DNA of 64,000 nt from Octopus vulgaris. Its lineage: Eukaryota. Positions 63,862 through 64,000 of this stretch are shown in pieces. The stretch is taken from NCBI GenBank assembly GCA_951406725.2, contig OX597817.1, positions 53,630,001 to 53,694,000 on the forward strand, written 5' to 3'. Every line of letters begins with the position of its first letter. Within the stretch, counting starts at the first letter, position 1. The notes beneath the pieces are model-generated. The model ran no database searches, had not been told where the DNA came from, and saw only the letters and a program-made list of their open reading frames with translations. A program made the translations under genes and the position numbers.

Positions 63862-64000
<139 letters not shown>

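Overview
AT-rich, repeat-dense eukaryotic genomic DNA. The SINE, MITE and microsatellite content suggests an Octopus-type cephalopod (inference). The window holds the 3' end of an LRCH gene (leucine-rich repeat and calponin-homology protein) on the + strand. Three internal exons (1322-1443, 3049-3186, 5416-5493) are followed by two homologous alternative last exons that the ORF track misses: 21454-21633 ends in a membrane-anchor-like tail and 43882-43995 gives a soluble C-terminus. A weaker candidate is a small convergent gene on the - strand (about 56.5 to 49.1 kb). A switch from CpG-decayed to CpG-intact repeats at about 56.2-56.5 kb fits a gene-body methylation boundary. The rest is mobile DNA: tRNA-derived SINEs (including multimers), TA- and TTAA-flanked MITEs, and RTE-type LINE fragments, one young with three C2H2 fingers and sitting in a (TATG)n array. 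A 0.7-kb foldback element carries three degenerate hammerhead-ribozyme cores whose majority consensus is a complete minimal hammerhead. No CRISPR array, rRNA or genuine tRNA gene was recognised.
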